A stretch of DNA of 54,457 nt, counting the filler, from Sluysia triapertura (taxonomy: Eukaryota): NCBI GenBank assembly GCA_046118255.1. It is 4 parts of 4 records of this genome, joined end to end, with 100 filler letters (N's around TTAATTAATTAA, not from the genome) between each part and the next. Parts side by side here need not be neighbours in the genome. Positions count along the whole stretch, not along the records: positions 42,062 to 54,457 come from JBJNIA010099214.1; 3 more parts are not named here. The stretch is one strand, 5' to 3'. The notes beneath the pieces are model-generated. The model searched no databases. It saw only the letters and a program-made list of their open reading frames with translations, and was not told where the DNA came from. The first letter of the stretch is position 1. Each line of letters starts with the position of its first letter. Positions 51,735-54,457 of the stretch are shown here, piece by piece. The translations under genes were made by a program, and so were the position numbers.

Positions 51735-53057
51735 GATATCGTGGCAACAGCGGTTGGGGTAATAACTAAATAAATACTTTCAGGATGAGAAAATTGTTAG
51801 GTTGCCATCACAACCCTACGAAATAATTTTAAGATGTCATAATGACACCTTAAAATTATTTAATACTATTTAAAATTACAAAAAATCATTCAAAACTATA
51901 GAAAATGTTTAAAATGATTTATTAATCCTTAAAATTATTTTAAAAAAGTATTTTCCAAAAAAAGAAAATTAGCTTCTATAAATAGCAGAGAAGCTTCTAG
52001 AATGTTCTAGAATATTTTAGAACATTCCATCGATTTTCATTGGATGCTGATTAGTATATAAACTTGCATCAGTACAATGAAAATCGCCATTTTTATAATC
52101 TTTATTAGTCAGTCGCTAAAAAATGAAAAATTTATCACGTGACGCAGTTATTGGCATTCGTAAAAAAGCAGTTCGAAATAAATCAACAGTAAACGCCATT
52201 CAAATCTACACTGGTTAAATATTCAAAGGATATTGAAAAAATTATTCATTCGGGTTTTTTGATCAGTTACAATCCATGCTAAAAGTAATTTGTTTATGTT
52301 AGGATTGGTATTAGTTTTTCTTAAGGAAAGTAATATCACAAAATACACTTAAAATCATATTCTGTTAATCTTAAGGTTCCCGATATATTGAGGGGTAAAA
52401 TCCAGTGTAAATTAATAACCAGTTTTTATTAAAGACTCAAAAGAGTTTTAATATTAAAATTCGCAATTAATTTTTAACTCTTGATTCTTTTATATCTTGT
52501 CTATAATTTAGTTGTTCATTTTTTATTTAATTGTTTTTGAAATAAAAATTTTTATTAGTCGATTGTGAATTTAATTAAATTAAATAGACCCTCTAATTAT
52601 AAGATTATAATTTTAAGTTACTGTAGTTATTTTAACTTATATTGTTACAGAAGTGCCTTCTTTACAACGTAAGAAGCTTACCGTAACCGGACCCTGCTCA
52701 ATTTTCTATTTTTCCTTAGGTTTAGACTTAAGTATCAATAAAAACCACAGCAAAATCTAGGATCAAATTCCATGATTCTACACCCTTCATCCGATATTTT
52801 TCTGAAAATTTCAAGTACGCGTTCAGCACTAGTTGTTTATTTTCAACTTCATGTTCATCACTTTTAAAAGTAACAAAATAATCTAATCCATTTTTCTTAT
52901 ATTTTGGCTGAACAGAACCACATCCAATTCTAACGCTTATAAGTTGATTTTGTCCATCTCAATCTTTATTTCCTTCCGTAACGGGAGTTGGAGCACAACT
53001 GTTTTTCTTTTTATATAATTCATAAATTAATTCCAACCGTTTTCCTGGCAGAATATT
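51735..53057 (-). pseudogene. RPB1: RNA polymerase II largest-subunit fragment (clamp region), split by a solo LTR
   Basis: KRLELIYELYKKKNSC...GCGSVQPKYKK(fs)GLDYFVTFK...(fs)SAERVLEIFRKISDEGCRIMEFDPRF. Removing 51795-52752 and one AAAT restores an in-frame DPRFSHPES, followed by an LP.P-like segment. Confidence 0.8.
51795..52752 (+). mobile_element. HSE-containing solo LTR, copy 3 (958 bp)
   Basis: TGTTAGG...AAAACCACAGCA with AAAT duplicated (51791-94, 52753-56); HSE at ~51990-52029, ATTGG, TATATAAA at ~52055. Confidence 0.9.
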
Positions 53058-53191
53058 TCAAAATGTACTTTTAGTAGTAGTACTAGTAAAATGGTTATCA
53101 TTCTACGTGAATAAGATGTTTTTAACTTCAGTATTCTAATTTATTATTTTACTTTAACCAGAAATTTTGAAAATATAGTTACTTTCCAATA

Positions 53192-53193
<2 letters not shown>

Positions 53194-53250
<57 letters not shown>
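53194..53250. repeat. (AAT)n microsatellite
   Basis: About 19 units seen directly. Confidence 0.95.
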
Positions 53251-53899
53251 GCAGTAATAATGGTAATAGTAATCGTAATAGTAGTAACTTGTGTTATCGT
53301 TCTTCGTGAATAAGATATTCAATAATGTCAACACCAGAAAGTTGAAGAAAGAGAGTTAGAAAGAAAGTTAAAAGCAATAAAATCTTGATAACAACACATA
53401 CATAAATATATACATAAACATACAATTATACAAACAAGAGGATAATATAAAAATTAATTGTGAAAATAACAAAGTAATATCGACAACAATGTCGTTTATA
53501 TTTTTGTCATGTCTTATTTTAGGTTTATAAGAAATAGATGTCTTAATTAACAAAATTGTAGTACTTGATTTATTACTTGATTTATAAAATTAAATTTTAA
53601 ATTTATATTATAATTATGCTTTATTAATACTTTATTTACTAAAATCAGATTAATTTCCTTAAATATAAAGTAAAAACAAAAATAGCTAGTTAATAGATTA
53701 ATGTTTCTAAATTTATGATCTAAAAATATTAAAATTTTGCCTAATTTACATAATTCCTGGATGTACCCCCAAGTTGATTTCCTTAGAATCATAAAAGAAT
53801 ATAAATAAAAGTTTTGATTTATCATAAAACATATAAATGTAAATGTAGTATTAACTTTTAAGTCATTATGGAACACAGGATCAAATAATGTTAAATTAG

Positions 53900-54014
53900 A
53901 TATAATGGAATTGAGTCGATCGTAATGATCATTACAGTTTATTGGTGGATTAAAAACATATCGGGAACATTCGCCAGTCTGTGTGGTTCCATATAAACTC
54001 ATAACGTTCTTGTA
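53900..54014 (-). pseudogene. Truncated CCCH remnant (copy E)
   Basis: YKNVM-S(agt, one change from tgt)-LYGTTQTGE-C-SRY keeps the x9 spacing. Downstream DRLNSIISNL resembles DRMYNLLSSL after copy A and VRLSDLFVSI after copy D. Confidence 0.5.
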
Positions 54015-54457
54015 TTTCTCTTCATTATCGTATATACGCGAATATGTACACAAAAGCTTGCTGCTGGTATGTAAGAACAATGAATAGACGGTTCTTGATT
54101 TTAACTTGGACGTATTCTCCACTATTGAAGTTGTTTGATGATTTTCAGTATTGAATGTGAATCTGATGCTAGTTGATTTTATGTTTAGAATGTTTGGAAA
54201 TGTTAAGAATTATGAAATGTTCTGAATGGAGATTTTATTGTGTATTATTGAAATAAATCTTTAACATATTGGGTTGGTCACCACAAACAATAATAGAATT
54301 AAATTTATGATAGGTGTATTATGTACTTTAGTACGTTAATATTAATATTGCGATATTATTACAAGAATTATTAAATGAAAGTACTGCTGGGTTCTTTTTT
54401 AACCTAAAAGCTTCCCTACAGCAAAATAATTAATATTTATGAGTCCGTTTACAGTAT

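Noticed and set aside
52640-52660. TGTTACA-GAAGTG as an LTR end plus tRNA-Leu PBS
   Set aside because: The real end is 52752, fixed by the AAAT TSD, the shared ACCACAGCA end and the restored RPB1 frame.

Overview
Very AT-rich eukaryotic DNA, probably a flatworm or similar invertebrate (inference from the HUWE1, Shaw and KLHL10-like exons and GT-AG introns). It is not one locus: four pieces (1-12243, 12344-26957, 27058-41961, 42062-54457) are joined by artificial 100-bp N44-TTAATTAATTAA-N44 linkers. Host genes: five in-phase exons of HUWE1 (UBA and WWE regions), an FGD-like FYVE-PH exon, a Shaw/Kv3 S6 exon and a KLHL10-like kelch exon. Much of the rest is transposon debris: Tc3-like, pogo-like and Stowaway-like ends, LINE RT fragments and a Gypsy gag. 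Three repeat systems stand out. (1) A dispersed, apparently gene-capturing family: a TG-initiated C/A-skewed leader, an ATT tract, a module of paired inverted repeats with ~26-28 nt spacers whose arms co-vary, then a decayed intronless cargo, often with a Cx9Cx6Cx3H zinc finger. PRIM1 is directly linked to the module; RPB1, tropomyosin, SRSF-RRM and cytochrome b5 fragments lie in similar-looking scaffolds. (2) Solo LTRs with 4-bp TSDs carrying a long heat-shock element, CCAAT and TATA. (3) ~155-bp TGTT...AACA elements with 4-bp TSDs carrying a tRNA-Cys-derived Pol III unit. All homology calls come from manual translation and recalled family motifs; no searches were run.
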